DNA of 64,000 bases from Gemmatimonas sp. (GTDB taxonomy: Bacteria; Pseudomonadota; Alphaproteobacteria; SMXQ01). The DNA lies in the NCBI GenBank assembly GCA_050260515.1, contig JBLNCI010000043.1, positions 79,880-143,879 on the forward strand. The letters run 5' to 3'. Under the pieces are notes generated by a model. The model made no database searches. It had not been told where the DNA came from and was given only the letters and a program-made list of their open reading frames with translations. Shown here piece by piece: positions 42,866-51,481 of the stretch. Made by a program: the position numbers and the translations under genes. Numbering within the stretch: the stretch's first letter is position 1; each line of letters starts with the position of its first letter.

Positions 42866-43711
42866 ATGAAGCTTCTCAGTTTCCGTCACAACGGCAAGGA
42901 CACCTACGGCGTCGTCTCCGGCAACGGCGTGATCGACCTCGGCAAACGGCTCGGCGCGAACTATCCCGACCTCAAGTCGCTGATCGCCATGGGCGGTCTC
43001 GACGAGGCGAAGAAGGCCGCCACCGGCACCGCCGATGCGTCGCTCGACGCGATCGAGTTCCTGCCGGTGATCCCGAACCCGGGCAAGATCGTCTGCGTGG
43101 GACTCAACTACAAGGCGCACCGCGAGGAGACCGGCCGCGCGCCGACGGACAACCCGGCGCTGTTCATCCGCTGGGCCGACAGCCAGACCGGCCACAAGCA
43201 GCCGCTGGTGAAGCCGAAGGCGTCGAACATGCTCGACTACGAGGGCGAGCTCGCCGTCATCATCGGCAAAAAGGCGCGCCACGTGAAGGAGGCCGACGCC
43301 TTCGGCATTATCGCCGGCTACTCCTGCTACAACGACGGCAGCGTGCGCGACTGGCAGAACCACACGCCGCAGTGGAGTCCGGGCAAGAACTTCCCGCGCA
43401 CCGGCGGCTTCGGGCCGTGGATGGTCACCGCCGACGAGATCCCCGACGTCAACCAGATGACGCTGACCACGCGGCTCAACGGTCAGGTCGTCCAGCAGAC
43501 CGGCATCGACCTGATGCTGTTCCCGATTCCGGTGGTGATCGCCTACGTGAGCACGTTCACCGAGCTCCATCCGGGCGACGTGATCTCGACCGGAACGCCG
43601 GGCGGCGTCGGCTTCAAGCGCAACCCGCCGCTGTTCATGAAGGCGGGCGACAAGGTCGAGGTCGACATCTCGAAGATCGGCGTCCTCGAGAACACCATCG
43701 TCGCGGAATGA
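42866..43711 (+). CDS. Fumarylacetoacetate hydrolase (FAH) family protein
   Basis: 281 aa; LDYEGELAVIIGKKARHV...GDVISTGTPGGVG is the FAH/HpcE-type fold signature. Confidence 0.85.
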   Translation: MKLLSFRHNGKDTYGVVSGNGVIDLGKRLGANYPDLKSLIAMGGLDEAKKAATGTADASLDAIEFLPVIPNPGKIVCVGLNYKAHREETGRAPTDNPALFIRWADSQTGHKQPLVKPKASNMLDYEGELAVIIGKKARHVKEADAFGIIAGYSCYNDGSVRDWQNHTPQWSPGKNFPRTGGFGPWMVTADEIPDVNQMTLTTRLNGQVVQQTGIDLMLFPIPVVIAYVSTFTELHPGDVISTGTPGGVGFKRNPPLFMKAGDKVEVDISKIGVLENTIVAE

Positions 43712-43765
43712 CGACCGCGCAGTGACGACCGGAACACCGGCGTCATCAGAGACAGGGAGAGCAAG

Positions 43766-44842
43766 ATGAAAGTGACGTACGTTCTTCGTGCCGGCGGAGT
43801 CGCCGCGCTCGTCGCCCTCGCCGCCTCCACCGCGGCGGCGCAGGGCGACCCGGCGGCGGCGTTCAAGGGCAAGACCGTGACCGTCTATGTCGGGCTGTCG
43901 CCGGGCGGCGGCTACGACACCAATGCCCGCGTGCTCGCGAAGCACATCGGGCGCTACATCCCCGGTGAGCCGAACGTCATCGTCAAGAACATGCCGGGCG
44001 GCGGCGGACTCGTGATGACCAGCTACGTCGCCAACGTCGCGCCGAAGGACGGGCTGCACATCGGCGCGCCGCAGCGCGGCATTCCGTTCGAGCCGCTCAC
44101 CGGGGGCGACGAGTCCCACGCCAAGTACGACCCGCAGAAGCTCAACTGGCTCGGCAGCATGAACGCCGACACGAGCGTCGCGGTGGCGACGAAGGCGTCC
44201 GGCATCAAGTCGTGGCGCGACCTCAAGAGCAAGGAGCTGATCGTCGCCGGCACCGGCGTCGGCACCGAGAGCGTCGTGGTCCCGTACGTGCTGCGCAACG
44301 TCCTCGGCCTCAAGTTCAAGGTCATCGCGGGCTATCCCGGCGGCAGCGAGATGAACCTCGCGATGCAGCGCGGCGAGACCGGCGGCCGCGGCACGTTCTC
44401 GTGGACGAGTCTGAAGCCTCAGAAAGCCGCGTGGATCGATTCGGGCGAGCTCGTCGTGCTGTTCCAGATGGGCCTCAAGAAGCACCCGGACCTTCCCGAC
44501 GTGCCGCTCGTCACCGAGCTCGCCGAGAACGACGAGCAGACGAAGCTGCTGGAGCTCGAGTTCACCGGGTTCCAGCTTGGCCGCCCCTACTTCCTCCCCG
44601 AAGGCGTGCCGGCCGACCGCGTGACGCTGCTCCGGCGGTCGTTCGACAAGGCGATGGAGGACAAGGACTTGATCGCCGAGGCGACGAAGCTCGACCTCGA
44701 GGTCAACCCGACCAGCGGCGAGGAGATGCAGGCGATCATCAAGCGGGTGTACGCCACGCCGAAGAACCTCGTCGCCAAGCTCGCGGAAGCGAGCAAGCTT
44801 CAGCCGGACCTCCAGGTCCTGAAGGGCGCGAAGTCGGACTAG
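43766..44842 (+). CDS. Tripartite tricarboxylate transporter substrate-binding protein (TctC/Bug family), orphan
   Basis: Signal peptide; SPGGGYDTNARVLAK..NMPGGGG pattern typical of TctC/Bug periplasmic binding proteins. No tctA/tctB nearby. Confidence 0.65.
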   Translation: MKVTYVLRAGGVAALVALAASTAAAQGDPAAAFKGKTVTVYVGLSPGGGYDTNARVLAKHIGRYIPGEPNVIVKNMPGGGGLVMTSYVANVAPKDGLHIGAPQRGIPFEPLTGGDESHAKYDPQKLNWLGSMNADTSVAVATKASGIKSWRDLKSKELIVAGTGVGTESVVVPYVLRNVLGLKFKVIAGYPGGSEMNLAMQRGETGGRGTFSWTSLKPQKAAWIDSGELVVLFQMGLKKHPDLPDVPLVTELAENDEQTKLLELEFTGFQLGRPYFLPEGVPADRVTLLRRSFDKAMEDKDLIAEATKLDLEVNPTSGEEMQAIIKRVYATPKNLVAKLAEASKLQPDLQVLKGAKSD

Positions 44843-44935
44843 GACATACAGGGGCGATCCGCCGCATAAGGCGGACGCCGCGCGAGAGACGCCGGCCGCG
44901 AACACACGCGGCCAGCGGAGCCACGGGAGGCTCGG

Positions 44936-45997
44936 ATGGACGGATGGTTGCAGCGCGCGGTGCGCCCTCGTGTCGGTGTTGTCGCCTGCGCGGCTGTCAT
45001 CGCTGCAGCGGCCGCGACGGTGTGGGACGCCCCGGCGCAGGCCGACGACTACTTCAAGGGCAAGACGATCGTCATCAATTCCGGCGGCGAGACCGGCGGC
45101 TACGACGTCTACGCCCGCCTGCTGATGAACCACTACCCGCGCCACATCCCCGGGAATCCGGGCATGATGGTGAAGCTGATGCCGGGCGCCGGCACGCTGC
45201 GCGCCGCCAACTACATGTACGAGGTCGCGCCCAAGGACGGCAGCCAGATCGGCACCGTCGGCGGCGGCACCGCGACCGCCGAGCTGTTCAAATCGAAGGG
45301 CGTACGCTTCGATCCGCGGCGGTACGTATGGATCGGCAGCATGAACAGCGAGGTCGGGCTCGTGCTGGCGTGGAAGTCGGTGCCGATCAAGTCGATCGAC
45401 GACGTGTTCCATCGCGACTTCCTCGTTGGCGGCGGCGGCCCGACCTCGGGCAATGTCGTGTTCCCGAACGTGATGAACCGCGTGCTCGGCACCCGGTTCA
45501 AGATCATCTCCGGCTACAAGAGCACCGGCGACATCGCGCTCGCGATCGAGCGCGGCGAGATCGAGGGCACGGCGAGCTACCACTACTCCAGCATCATCAC
45601 CCGCAACCCCGACTGGCTGATCAACGACCGCGTCACCGTGCTGCTGCAGGATTCGCTGCGGCCGCACAGCAAGTATCCCGATGTCCCCGTGGTGGTCGAT
45701 CTCGCCAGGAACGACGAGCAGCGCGCCATCCTCGAGCTGGTGTTCTCGCGCCAGGAGATGGGGCGGCCGTTCATGCTGCCGCCGGGTACGCCGGCCGAGA
45801 TCGGCAACGTCCTGCGCCGCGCGTTCGACGAGACGATGAGAGACCCCGCGCTGCTGGCCGAGGCGGCCAAGACCCAGCTCGACCTCAACAACCCGATGAC
45901 CGGCGAGGAAATCCACGCCCTCATCGACCGGCTGTACACCGTCTCGCCGGAAATCGTCGCCAAGGCGGCCGAAGCGACCGGCGAGAACGCGGAATAG
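44936..45997 (+). CDS. Tripartite tricarboxylate transporter substrate-binding protein (TctC/Bug family), paralog
   Basis: Signal peptide; SGGETGGYDVYARLL..LMPGAGT; aligns along its full length with the upstream paralog. Confidence 0.65.
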   Translation: MDGWLQRAVRPRVGVVACAAVIAAAAATVWDAPAQADDYFKGKTIVINSGGETGGYDVYARLLMNHYPRHIPGNPGMMVKLMPGAGTLRAANYMYEVAPKDGSQIGTVGGGTATAELFKSKGVRFDPRRYVWIGSMNSEVGLVLAWKSVPIKSIDDVFHRDFLVGGGGPTSGNVVFPNVMNRVLGTRFKIISGYKSTGDIALAIERGEIEGTASYHYSSIITRNPDWLINDRVTVLLQDSLRPHSKYPDVPVVVDLARNDEQRAILELVFSRQEMGRPFMLPPGTPAEIGNVLRRAFDETMRDPALLAEAAKTQLDLNNPMTGEEIHALIDRLYTVSPEIVAKAAEATGENAE

Positions 45998-46006
45998 CTG
46001 TCGCCG

Positions 46007-46834
46007 CTACGCGCGCTTGGTGACGACGACCTCGAGGTACTCGCTCGGCAGCACGAGCGTGCCATCGCCGGCGATGTTGAACGCGTCGATCAGCGCGTGG
46101 ATGTCCCGCTCCAGCGCCGCCCGCGCATCCTCGTCGAGCGCGGCGAACGCCTTCACCATCGGGCCGTAGTACTGGCGGAAGACCGCGACCCAATGATTGG
46201 CCGAGCGATAGCGGAAGACGAAGTTCCGCCGCGCGGCGGTGATGACCGCCGAAGGGCCGAACAGCGCGTCGAGGTGCTCCCGCCTGCCCCACAGCGCCGG
46301 CGACTTCACGCCCGGAGCGGGCGGGATGTACTTGGCGATCGTCGCGAACAACCGGCCGATGAAGCTTTCCGGCGTCCAGTTGGCGAGGCCGATCTTGCCG
46401 CCCGGCCGGCACACGCGCAGCAATTCGCGCGCGGCCTGCTCCTGGTTCGGGGTGAACATCACCCCGAACGTCGACAGCACGACGTCGAAGCTCGCATCGC
46501 CGAACGGGAGCGCCTCGGCGTCGGCCTGCTGGAAGACGACCGGCAGCGCCTCGGCTTGCGCTCGGACACGCCCCCGATCCAGAAGCGACTCGACGTAGTC
46601 TGTCGAGACGACGTCGGCGAAGCGCCGCGCCGCCGCCAGCGTCGCGTTGCCGTTGCCGGCGGCGACGTCGAGGACGCGCTGGGTGCTGCGGAGATCGACC
46701 GCCTCGCACAACGTCTCGCCGACGATCTGGAGAGTCGTGCCGATGACGGCGTAGTCGCCGGAGGCCCATGCGGCCTGCTGGCGGCTCTTGATGGTGGAGA
46801 GATCGATGGTCGCGGTGGCTTGGGCCTGAGTCAT
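46007..46834 (-). CDS. Class I SAM-dependent methyltransferase
   Basis: Start MTQAQATAT (ATG 46832-46834). Motif I VLDVAAGNGNATL and post-I acidic residue; 275 aa. The 405-aa track ORF is over-extended. Confidence 0.8.
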   Translation of the reverse strand: MTQAQATATIDLSTIKSRQQAAWASGDYAVIGTTLQIVGETLCEAVDLRSTQRVLDVAAGNGNATLAAARRFADVVSTDYVESLLDRGRVRAQAEALPVVFQQADAEALPFGDASFDVVLSTFGVMFTPNQEQAARELLRVCRPGGKIGLANWTPESFIGRLFATIAKYIPPAPGVKSPALWGRREHLDALFGPSAVITAARRNFVFRYRSANHWVAVFRQYYGPMVKAFAALDEDARAALERDIHALIDAFNIAGDGTLVLPSEYLEVVVTKRA

Positions 46835-46875
46835 GGCGCTATTCCTTCTGAAGAACGGATCAGTGCGGGGCCGCG

Positions 46876-47049
46876 CTATTGCGGCCGGTCCTTGAACCAC
46901 CCCTCGTAGGGGATGCTTTGTGTGTTCTCGCTCGCCGGGTCCGGGAGGCCGGCCTCGGCCGGGCCGTCCGGCGCGCATCGCGCGACGGCGAGCGTGCCGA
47001 GCAGCGCGACGGCGATCGCGATGGCGGAATTGGTCCACTGCATCTTCAT
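46876..47049 (-). CDS. Small secreted peptide, 57 aa (MKMQWTNSAIAIAVALLGTLAVARC-APDGPAEAGLPDPASENTQSIPYEGWFKDRPQ); not in ORF track
   Basis: ATG 47047-47049 with SD AGGAG 6 nt upstream; signal peptide. C-terminal W-F-K-D resembles the FKD motif of the 40873/41224 lipoproteins. Confidence 0.45.
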   Translation of the reverse strand: MKMQWTNSAIAIAVALLGTLAVARCAPDGPAEAGLPDPASENTQSIPYEGWFKDRPQ

Positions 47050-47072
47050 GTACATCTCCTATTCCACGTGCA

Positions 47073-47495
47073 TCATTCGGCCACCGTTTCGCCGGAGCCG
47101 CCGAACGCGGCGGGGAAATCCCTGAGCTTCGGCAGCCCGTCGCGCATCGGCAGCACCGTCTCGGCGTAGTTGATGTGCAGCCCCGGCACGAACGCGAGCG
47201 TCGGCAGCGTCGCCGCGTAGACATCGACCACTCCCACGGTCGGGTGGTTGGTCATCAGGTGACCTCCGCAGCGGCGGCAGTACTGACGCTCGCTGAACGC
47301 AGTCTTGTGGTACGTCGCGACATGCTCGGCGCCCGCCGTGACCTTCACCGCCTCCGGCTTCCACAGCGTGAAGGCGTTGACCGGACTGGCCGACCACGAC
47401 CGGCACGAGGCGCAATGGCAGTACCCCATCGCCTCCGGCGATCCGCTGACCTCGATGCGGACCGCGCCGCAAAAGCATGTTCCGTGATGAGTCAC
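47073..47495 (-). CDS. GFA (glutathione-dependent formaldehyde-activating / CENP-V-like) family protein
   Basis: GTG start with SD GAGGAGG; Zn-cysteine pattern CFCGAV...CHCASC...CRRCG typical of GFA domain. Confidence 0.8.
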   Translation of the reverse strand: MTHHGTCFCGAVRIEVSGSPEAMGYCHCASCRSWSASPVNAFTLWKPEAVKVTAGAEHVATYHKTAFSERQYCRRCGGHLMTNHPTVGVVDVYAATLPTLAFVPGLHINYAETVLPMRDGLPKLRDFPAAFGGSGETVAE

Positions 47496-47566
47496 GTCGA
47501 CCTCCTCGAGTTCGCCACACGCGGACCGCGTACGCGGCTGATGAGGACAATCCTAGAGGCGAGCGC

Positions 47567-47675
47567 CGGACGGCCGCTTGATGCGGCGTCCGTGTTGCTT
47601 GATATCGCGTCGCTATTTCGCGTCTGTGTTGATGCAGCGTCCGCAAACCATGTTCGCGCGTCCGCGACGCTTGAC
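47567..47675. promoter_or_regulatory. Four iterated operator-like repeats GCTTGAY-N3-5-GCGTC in the GFA/AraC divergent intergenic region
   Basis: Copies at 47567, 47588, 47617 and 47660; the first two are 21 bp apart; a fit for AraC/XylS-type direct-repeat sites. Confidence 0.35.
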
Positions 47676-47734
47676 TCACGCTCGGCCGGCAGCCCTGATA
47701 TCCCGCTCCACGCGGGCAAAGGGGGGAACGCCAG

Positions 47735-48703
47735 ATGGATGCTCTGTCCGACGTTCTCAGAGCGATACGGCTGACCGGCGCGACCTTCTTCGAGGTCGCG
47801 GGCTCAGCGCCGTGGGTCGCGGAGCAGCCTGCGCCCGAGAGACTGCTGCCGAAAATCTTCCCCGGCTCCGGACATCTGATCTCGTACCACGTGGTCACCG
47901 AGGGCCGCTGCTATGCCAGCATCGTCGGCGGCGAGCCGATTCCCCTCGAGACCGGCGACGTGGTCGTGTTTACGCGCGGCGATGCCCACGTGATGGCCAG
48001 CACCGCCGGGATGCGGACCAAGCCCTATTCGCCCAGCAGGATCGACGCGCGCACGCGCATGCAGCTCCCCTTCGCGGTGAGCTACGGGCAGGGGCCAGTC
48101 GCCACCCGGCTGGTGTGCGGCTTCCTCGCGTGTGACGCGCAACCGTTCAATCCGTTGCTCGAACATCTGCCACCCGTCATCACCGCCGGCGATCGCGGCA
48201 GCAACCGCGGCTGGCTGCGCCAGTTCATCCAGCTCGCGACCGAGGAGTCCACCGACAAGCGCGCCGGAGGCGAAAGCGTGCTCGCGCGCCTGAGCGAGCT
48301 GATGTTCATCGAGGTGATCCGACGCTACCTCGATGCCCTGCCGCCGGAGCAGGCGGGCTGGCTCGCCGGCGTGCGCGACCCGTTCGTGGGAAAGGCGTTG
48401 TCGCTGCTCCACGGCGATCCGTCGCGCGAGTGGACGATCGAGGCGCTCGCCAAGGGCGTTGGCTTGTCGCGTTCGGTGTTGGCCGAGCGCTTCACCGATT
48501 TGCTCGGCATGCCGCCGATGCACTATCTCGCGAAGTGGCGGATGCAGATCGCGTCCGGACTGCTGTCGCGGGGCGACGCGAACGTCGCCGCCGTTGCCGC
48601 GGAAATCGGCTATGGCTCCGAGGCCGCGTTCAGCCGCGCCTTCAAGAAGATGGTCGGCGTCGCGCCGTCGGAGTGGCGTCGCAGCCGCGTCGGAGTCGAC
48701 TAG
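47735..48703 (+). CDS. AraC-family transcriptional regulator with N-terminal cupin sensor domain
   Basis: C-terminal double HTH (GVGLSRSVLAERF...AEIGYGSEAAFSRAFKKMVGVAPSEWR); N-terminal AraC_binding_2/cupin region; SD GGGGGGAA. Confidence 0.88.
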   Translation: MDALSDVLRAIRLTGATFFEVAGSAPWVAEQPAPERLLPKIFPGSGHLISYHVVTEGRCYASIVGGEPIPLETGDVVVFTRGDAHVMASTAGMRTKPYSPSRIDARTRMQLPFAVSYGQGPVATRLVCGFLACDAQPFNPLLEHLPPVITAGDRGSNRGWLRQFIQLATEESTDKRAGGESVLARLSELMFIEVIRRYLDALPPEQAGWLAGVRDPFVGKALSLLHGDPSREWTIEALAKGVGLSRSVLAERFTDLLGMPPMHYLAKWRMQIASGLLSRGDANVAAVAAEIGYGSEAAFSRAFKKMVGVAPSEWRRSRVGVD

Positions 48704-49671
48704 AGCCCGAGCAGCCGCGCCGCATTGCCGCCGAGGATCGCCGCCTGGGTCGCGGCATCGAGTCCCGGCGTCCGTCGGATCAGGCCCACCGGATCGTTGT
48801 CGCCCATGTCGAACGGGCTGTCGCTCCCCATCAGGATCCTGTCGCTGCCGACGAGGCCGACGAGATAGGCCACCTGCTCCGGCCGGAACAGCACGGTGTC
48901 GAGCCAGATCTGCTTCAGCACCTCGCCCGGCGAGCGCGCCAGATTCACCCGGCACTCCGGCCGGGTGCGCCACGCCTGCTCGAAGCGTCCGACGTAGAAC
49001 GGGAAGTAGCCGCCGCCGTGCGCGGCCACGAGCTTGAGGGCGGGATAGCGTTCGAACACCCCGCCGAAGATCATCTGCGCGAGGGCAAGAGTCGTCTCCA
49101 GCGGATTGCCGACGGCGTTCTCCATGTAATAGGCCTCCAGCCGCTGCGGCTGGGTGAAGCCCTGCGGATGCAGGAACACCACGGCACCGAGCGACTCGGC
49201 CTTGGCCCAGAACGGATCGAAGCGGCGGTCGCCGAGCTCGAGCCCACCGACGTTGGTGCCGATGCGCACCCCCCTGTGACCGAGCGCCATCAGACGCTCG
49301 AGCTCCGCGACCGAGGCGGCGACGTGCTGGAGCGGCACGTTTCCCGTCGCGACGATGCGGTCGCGATGGTCGCGGGCGATCCGCGCCACCTCGTCGTTGG
49401 TGATGCGGGCGACGGCGAGCCCGGTCTCCTCGTCGGCCTTGAAGAATCCGCGCGGGGGCGACGGCGTCAGCACGGCGAGGTCGACTCCCATCGCGTCCAT
49501 GCTGGCGAGCCGCGCGTCGATCTCGACGAGGATCGGCGCCTTCGACGGATCGCTGAGCCCGCTCGACCCCGGCTTCGGCGGCTTCGCGGGCGCGCTCCGC
49601 CCCTCGGCCATGCGCTTGCGCGCCGGACCGACGTTGATGTGGGCGTGGAAGTCGATGACCCGCGTCGCCAT
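48700..49671 (-). CDS. Amidohydrolase-2 family protein (ACMSD/LigW-type metal-dependent hydrolase/decarboxylase)
   Basis: N-terminal VIDFHAHI His-x-His metal motif and 323-aa TIM-barrel length; immediately downstream of an FAH gene. Confidence 0.8.
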   Translation of the reverse strand: MATRVIDFHAHINVGPARKRMAEGRSAPAKPPKPGSSGLSDPSKAPILVEIDARLASMDAMGVDLAVLTPSPPRGFFKADEETGLAVARITNDEVARIARDHRDRIVATGNVPLQHVAASVAELERLMALGHRGVRIGTNVGGLELGDRRFDPFWAKAESLGAVVFLHPQGFTQPQRLEAYYMENAVGNPLETTLALAQMIFGGVFERYPALKLVAAHGGGYFPFYVGRFEQAWRTRPECRVNLARSPGEVLKQIWLDTVLFRPEQVAYLVGLVGSDRILMGSDSPFDMGDNDPVGLIRRTPGLDAATQAAILGGNAARLLGL

Positions 49672-49674
49672 GCC

Positions 49675-50601
49675 CTACTCGCCCTGGACGACCGGGTTCT
49701 TGATCGTGCCGATGCCCTCGACTTCGATCGTCACCGTGTCGCCGGGCTTCAGGAAGATGCCACGGGGGCGGCCGACGCCCGACGGCGTGCCGGTCGAGAT
49801 GACGTCGCCCGGCCGCAGCGTCAGCCGCTCGCTCAGGTACGAAATCTGCTCGGGGATGTCGAAGTGCATGAACTTTGTCGATGAGTCCTGCATGAGCTGG
49901 TCGTTGACCCAGAGCTTGATGGCGAGATTGTACGGGTCCTTGACCTGGCTTTTGGGCGTGATCCACGGACCCATCGGCGCCGAGGTGTCGAAGCACTTGT
50001 GGGCGAACCAGTCGACGCGGAAGTTCCAGTCCGTGCGCGAGCCGAGGTCGCGCAGGCTGAGATCGTTCATGATGGTGTAGCCGGCGACGTAGTCCATCGC
50101 CTCCGACTGCTTCACGTTGCGCGCCGGCTTGCCGATGACGACGCCGATCTCGGCCTCCCAGTCGACCTGCTTCGAGATCTTCGGCAGCTTGATCGCGTCG
50201 CCGGTGGCGATGATCGAGTGCGCGGTGGTCTTCGGGAAGAAGTACGGGCGAGTCACCTTCTTGTCCGGCGGCTCGCGGCCCGACATCTCCTTCATGTGGT
50301 CGGTGTAGTTCGCGGCGGCGCAGAAGATCCCGGCGGGATAGAGGATCGGCGCCAGCAGCCGCGTCGACGACAGCGCGCGCACGGCAGCCTGGAGGTGCGT
50401 CGCCACGCCCGACGGCGTGCCGAGCTCGTCGGCCAGCGCCTTCAGCTTCGGCTCGAGGCTCTCCCACTGCTGCAGCACCGCAAGCGTGCTGTCGACCTTG
50501 AGGCCGGCCTTGGCGAGGTCGAGCACCTGATCGCCGACGCGGATGCCCGGGCACGGGCGGTTGTTCTCGTCGGCGAAGGTCAGCAGGTAGAAATCGGTCA
50601 C
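49675..50601 (-). CDS. Fumarylacetoacetate hydrolase (FAH) family protein, second copy
   Basis: GTG start (cac 50599-50601) with SD GGGGGAA. C-terminal GDVISTGTPSGVG...GDTVTIEVEGIGTIKNPV. The 578-aa track ORF is over-extended. Confidence 0.8.
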   Translation of the reverse strand: MTDFYLLTFADENNRPCPGIRVGDQVLDLAKAGLKVDSTLAVLQQWESLEPKLKALADELGTPSGVATHLQAAVRALSSTRLLAPILYPAGIFCAAANYTDHMKEMSGREPPDKKVTRPYFFPKTTAHSIIATGDAIKLPKISKQVDWEAEIGVVIGKPARNVKQSEAMDYVAGYTIMNDLSLRDLGSRTDWNFRVDWFAHKCFDTSAPMGPWITPKSQVKDPYNLAIKLWVNDQLMQDSSTKFMHFDIPEQISYLSERLTLRPGDVISTGTPSGVGRPRGIFLKPGDTVTIEVEGIGTIKNPVVQGE

Positions 50602-50804
50602 GAACGTTCCCCCGGGAATTTTTCGATACGTTAAGGCTTGGAGCCGGCTCTCAGGCCCCGCCGTCGGGCGGGATAATAGACGGAAGACCCCCGCGGTTTC
50701 GACCGCCAACTGCGGGTGCCGCCGGCGAAACACAAGCCTGTGGAGCGCGGCGCTGCGGCCCCCGTAAAATGTGGGACAACAGGCGTTCTTCCGCGTGTGA
50801 ACGC

Positions 50805-51308
50805 CTACCTCTTCGCCTGCTCGCGGACGTAGTAGATCAGGTCCAGCGGCGGCGGCGCGACCGCCGTCTGGCTGAGCTGGTCGTGCACCTGCCCGCGGTG
50901 GTGGGTCTGGTGATTGAACATGTGGGCGAGCACGAGCTGCATCGGCGTTTCCGCGCGGTCGCCGGCGATGGTCGTGTAGTAGAGCGTGCAAGCGAGCTCG
51001 TCCGGCCCGAGGTCCTCCATCAGCCGGATGATGCGCACGTCTTCGGCGGCCCGCGCCTGCGAGAGCGCCGGCAGGTCGTCGTAGAGGATCTCGTCGTAGC
51101 CCTTGGCCTCGACCGTCAGCCCCTCGATACGGGCGAGCCAAGCGCGGTCTCCGACCATGATGTGGTTGAGCGTGCCCTTGATCGAGCCGAAGAACGCCGC
51201 GCGGGGCTTCCCGTACTCGCCGGGCGGCAGCTTGGCGCACGCGGCGTAGAGCCGTTCGTTGGCCCAGCGGTTGTAACGGGCGAGCATCTGGAAATAGGCG
51301 GCGTCCAT
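50805..51308 (-). CDS. DinB-family (DinB_2/DUF664) protein
   Basis: Start at MDAAYFQMLARYNRWANERLYAA; C-terminal HMFNHQTHHRGQVHDQL matches the DinB four-helix-bundle metal motif. Confidence 0.75.
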   Translation of the reverse strand: MDAAYFQMLARYNRWANERLYAACAKLPPGEYGKPRAAFFGSIKGTLNHIMVGDRAWLARIEGLTVEAKGYDEILYDDLPALSQARAAEDVRIIRLMEDLGPDELACTLYYTTIAGDRAETPMQLVLAHMFNHQTHHRGQVHDQLSQTAVAPPPLDLIYYVREQAKR

Positions 51309-51398
51309 CTCGGCCTCTGCGCTTAGAGGCGCGAAGGGTACACGCGCGGCATCGCGAGGCAACGGTCAACGCCGCGACCGAGCGTTGCCTCCGACGCA

Positions 51399-51434
51399 GA
51401 ACGGGCGGCACCGGTATCCCGATGCCGCCCGTTC
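51399..51434 (-). terminator. Perfect 12-bp-stem hairpin GAACGGGCGGCA-N12-TGCCGCCCGTTC downstream of the MCP gene
   Basis: Seen directly, 48-83 nt 3' of the MCP stop. No strong U-tract, so terminator function is tentative. Confidence 0.4.
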
Positions 51435-51481
51435 CGTCCCCGGAAAGGATACCGCGTTACGCGGCCTTGATCCGCCCGCCG

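Noticed and set aside
42791-45916. 1041-aa minus-strand ORF across the FAH/TctC genes
   Set aside because: Antisense to four plus-strand genes with clear family signatures; low-complexity Arg/Ala/Leu/Gly composition.
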